Below are positions 60,076 through 64,000 of a stretch of 64,000 nt of DNA, piece after piece (the first letter of the stretch is position 1; the number at the start of each line of letters is the position of its first letter). The translations under genes were made by a program, and so were the position numbers. This stretch comes from Raillietiella orientalis. Lineage: Eukaryota. The notes below the pieces were generated by a model, which saw nothing but the letters and a program-made list of their open reading frames with translations, did no database searches and was not told the origin of the DNA. The stretch lies in NCBI GenBank assembly GCA_036172245.1, contig JAYWIR010000006.1, positions 558,001 through 622,000 on the forward strand, written 5' to 3'.

Positions 60076-62689
60076 AGGGAGCGAAAAAAAAAATCTGGGT
60101 GGGAAGCGGCGAAAACAGAAGGATCCTAAAGGATTTACATCATCCACGTTGAACCACCGCACTGGGTTCGCGGACATGCACACCACACTACCGCCGCCAT
60201 CACGAAAAGAAGGACAAGCGCCACCTAAGAGAGACCCGCTCCAGGTCCGGGTTCCCGGCCAAACCCACCGAAGCTGGCGGTTTCGAGCGATCCTCTCCCT
60301 CAAAGCGCACCGCGTCGGCTGCCATGGAGGGACCGGAAAAGGTGGTTCCCGTATGGCGCTCGCGTCGCGAACTGCCTCCCGTTCCCACGCCACCGACACC
60401 GCTCCAGAGCTGCATGGCCTGCGGTCGCTGCCGCGCAACTCCCGCGGTGCATACGTCTCCGGTGTGACCGGTGCACCGCACCTCCAGGTCGCGGCTCCAC
60501 GCCGGACAATGGACCGACGAGCCGACCGCAGGAAGCTGAAAAAGCGGAGCCACTCTCTTCGCCCTAGAAGGGGTCAGTTCCTCCCAGCGTCGCGCACCCC
60601 GACAGCACGAGAAGCTGGGTACCGTACCAGTCATCCTCGAGGGCAATCAGATGAACCTTTCGAAGGAAGGCTACGGCATCTTGGAGGATGAAGGGGGAAG
60701 GGAGGAAGGAGGTTTTTTTCTTTTTTCTGGCAGAACGCGCGACTTCTGGATGTCTCGCTCCGAGGTGCGTCCTCTCGGAACACTTTCCGTCTGATCTCAC
60801 GAGCAAAAGGATGTCTTGTTCCGAGAGGAAGCCCCGGGTGAAGGAAGCTGTTCCGACGGGAGCGCTTTCGGCGGCGTCGGGCGCTGTCGAAACGCCTCTT
60901 ACTCTCAGAGCTTTTTCTGGTTTACTCGGATTAACGGAGGGAGGAGCACTGTGAGTTTTCCCTGTGCAGCCTCTGGGGAGGAGAAGAAATTGAAAGGAGC
61001 AGCAGCGTATGTCCGGGACAGCATCGAGTCGAAGACCAGGGATCATTGGTTCGTGGTGAGCTGAAATGGCACGGTAGATAGAGGACGGGAGGAGGAGAGA
61101 GGGAACCTACCTAGAACCCAGGACGAGGGACTTTTCCGAGAGGAAAAAGTCGTGTGTCGTCCGGACACTCGGACAAGTCTCCATTCCCCCCCCCACTCCT
61201 CTAAGTTTTGCCCTTGAACCATCCGAAGGTGGGCAGGTGGCGCTCTTCGGAATATTCGCAACTCCTCTTGCGTGTTGGAAACGCATCCTCCGGTGAACAC
61301 AAGACCATCCACAGCCAATCAAAACCTCAATTACAAGAGCAGCTCTCTTTCCCGGTGCCGTTTTTTTTTTTTTATGTGTGTGTTTTTGTTTTCGTTTTCA
61401 TTATGTTCTGCCAGGAAATCTGGTAACATCTCGTAAGCTCCTAACAAATCACCGTAATTGATGAGAGCATTTTGCTCCATTCTGCTCGCGTTCTCTTTGC
61501 AGCTCCCTGCCCTCCTCCCCGAAGTGCTCACGAAGCACAAACGTGTGACACGCGCAGAGCCAGAGCGCCCTATTTTCGCTGTGTATCCTGTTTCTCGGAC
61601 CCGCAAGCAGAACCCTCCCCCTCCCCCCTTCTTTACTAGGTTCGTCCTCTCTGCTGCCCGGACGAAATTCATTTTCCTCATTCGTTCTTGGTTTCACCTC
61701 CACTCGCGGTTTCTTCTTCGTCTTCGGCGTGCCCCTCGCCTCGCTTTGTTTACCTTTCCCGGAGAAGTGTCCGTTTTCGGCGCAACCTCCGCAACACGAT
61801 GCCGCTCGCGGATGTTACCGAGGGAACAAATACGCCGACCTGGCAACTTCATTAAGATGCCCCACGGCTCGCCGGACTGGGTGACAGGCGGCCCATTGAA
61901 GCCGAATCGGCGCAAAGTGTTCGCGGAAAACCCGAGCGGCGCGTACGTTGTTTGGAGAAGGTTTGAACGAAGAGTCCCGGCGCCGTTTCCTAGGTTCTTC
62001 CAGAGCTCGCGACTCGCTTCAAAAATTCCGTTTCTTCCCGTATTGTTCGAATTTCACACTTCGCGAGTCCTGTTCTTCAAAGTCTAAGGGTTCTTTCTCT
62101 CCTGCGTTGCATTTCGGGGAAAGAAGAGGAGGCCATTATTCGAACGCAGCGATGCAATGCTTCTGCTCTCATTGGGCGGCGACGACGCTCCACAAAAAAA
62201 CGATGCCGCCAGTGACATCTAACGGAAAACCAGACGAAGCTGCTCGGCTTCGACAGCCGACCAGTCGGCGCGAAGGCGAAAATAGGGACGCAGCGCTCCT
62301 GCCGCGAGAATCGGCCCAATTCCGAGAAGCACGGGGTGCATCAAGCATGCAGTTAGTTACAACTGAAAGGCGTTCGCGAGATGCGTGGTCTTGGACTGGT
62401 TGCTAGGTTACCCTCGTCGCTCTCGCACGAGCAGCTCTTGATTTCCCCCTGCGCGACCGATGCCCCTTTTTCTCCCGATGTCACGATGCTTTCGCTTCCC
62501 CTTTTCTTCCCTGCCCCCTCATCATCCTCTCCGCTGCCCTTGCCAACCTCATCTGTGCAGAGTCTCAGGTCTAGTCCACCCGACCCGGACGACAGAAACG
62601 GCGGGAAGACAGAAACGAAAAGAGGGGGTGGAGGAGAGGGGGGCGGACACGAAAGCGGGAAGTATGCCTGCGCCGACCATCTGGAGGAT

Positions 62690-63800
62690 CGAGATCCCAA
62701 GTCCGAACCCTTGATGCTTCACCATGGCAACCTCCTTCCTCATCCCTTGAATGCATTTCTCTACCAATGGCCGCTCTGGAGCCACTGCCTCCAGAAGGCG
62801 TCTTGCGCCTGGGATGAGGCGGGTGGTCCATGCACAAGCGCGCATCTCTCTCCTCTTCCTCCTCCCCTTTCGGGTACCCGCCAGCGAGGGACCGGGAGAC
62901 GCACAGCTCCCCCCTCCCCAGTTCACCTCCTCGGGAGCAGCGCAAGCAAACGCGAGCTGCCAGCCTCTTCCCCGTCTCCCGATGCCACAGCTGCCAGATC
63001 CGGGAGAAGGGCGCGCCGGATGGTCCGAGCGCGGTTGCCAGCCAGCCCGGACCGTTTCCTTTTGCATCTTCCCCATGTTCCGAGTGGCGTGGGTGGAAGG
63101 GTGGACCCCCTCTGCCGGTTCTTCCCTTCCGCCAGAGGGGGACACGCCACTTAGCGAGAGAGCATGCATCCGGAGGCGAGCCGGACTCACGACTGGCCCC
63201 CCTTCCTCTTCTCCCTTCTCCCGGAAGCGTCCGACGGGAACTTCCTTTCCCCTCCCCTCCCTCCTTTTTCGCCCACCGATTTCCGCGCCACCGCCTTTCC
63301 GCTCCCCGTCTGCAGAGGGAAGGAGGAGGGGAGAGGGAGTCCCTGAAGCCGTCCCGCTCCTGTGCTCCCCTACGCTGGAAGTGATCCTCGCTTCCCAGCT
63401 TTCGCTCCAGCGCCTTCACGGGAGGGGGCACGCTGAAGGAAGAATAGGCAGGTTGGCCACCAGGGGGTGCACCTTCTTGCCTGGAGTCCGGTGGTCTCTC
63501 AGCGGATGCCGGCGTTCTCCTCAGGACTCCCTGGAGCACCCCTTTTCGGCATGAACCCTGTCGAGTCACCAGAGGTCAGGGTGCACCCGAGGGGGCGTCG
63601 TCATTCTTCCTCCTTGAAAACCTCACTGAAACCCCCTGCGGCCTCTCCCCCATCCGAGGCCCACAGGGGCACATGGATCCCGTAGAAGAAGGAGTGAGCA
63701 GGAGGACGAGGGTCAAGGCGAGAGTCCGCTCTCCCCTGTGCCTCGCAGTCCGTTCCGTTCGCCTTCTCTGCAGACACCCCGCTGCTCCCGGCAGCCAGCA
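62690..63800 (+). mobile_element. Decayed LINE reverse transcriptase
   Basis: PLNAFLYQWPLWSH, LEVILASQLSLQR, SPQDSLEHPF (PQGS.L.P.LF) and FSADTPLL (FADDT.L) in order. Confidence 0.35.
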
Positions 63801-64000
63801 CCCATTCTTCGGTGTCTTCACGAAGCTGCGCCCCCGAGAGTGCCTCCTGGAAGCGGGCACGGAGACCGGAGGCGACTCCCGTTTCTGGTTTTCTCAGCAC
63901 GGTCCACGCCGCCTGCTCTCCCTTCCTTTCCCCACGCCGATGCGACGCCGCGGGTTTCCATGCCAACCCGCCGTGCACCTTTTCCCTGCCTCCTCTCTTC

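Noticed and set aside
63350..63980. LCAT/PLA2G15-like C-terminus on the minus strand (SFFYGIHVP, TSGDSTG)
   Set aside because: Interrupted by stops, weak similarity, and overlaps plus-strand RT ghosts.
1..64000. CRISPR arrays, rRNA, prokaryotic operons, intact transposases or viral genes
   Set aside because: No regularly spaced repeats or such coding signatures were seen; the spliceosomal gene structure indicates animal nuclear DNA.

Overview
Animal genomic DNA, most likely arthropod (inferred from the Drosophila-type Tau motif PMNKIQVGxAPSPNLK). Two genes are securely readable, both on the minus strand. (1) A complete 8-exon histone acetyltransferase HAT1 gene (7691->4262, 405 aa) lies in an AT-rich, CpG-depleted block and has five introns of only 42-52 nt. 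(2) A tau/MAP2-family gene has intact microtubule-binding-repeat exons at 15643->13191. Phase-compatible upstream candidates suggest it spans about 27 kb: an SxIP-bearing exon, a 24-nt microexon, a ~1 kb acidic exon at 29452-30424, and a first coding exon at 39956-40043 under a CpG-rich promoter. At about 10 kb the composition switches abruptly from AT-rich to GC-rich. Most of the GC-rich DNA is a graveyard of heavily decayed non-LTR retrotransposons (RTE-like, CR1/L2-like and one RT-RNaseH-CCHC element) plus a tRNA-headed SINE-like family. Nearly all long GC-rich ORFs in the track are spurious. I could not support a genuinely new biological system. The best leads are the tau isoform architecture, a dead duplicate of a tau repeat exon, the double-B-box SINE and the sharp compositional/CpG boundary. 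All homology calls come from reading by eye, with no database search.
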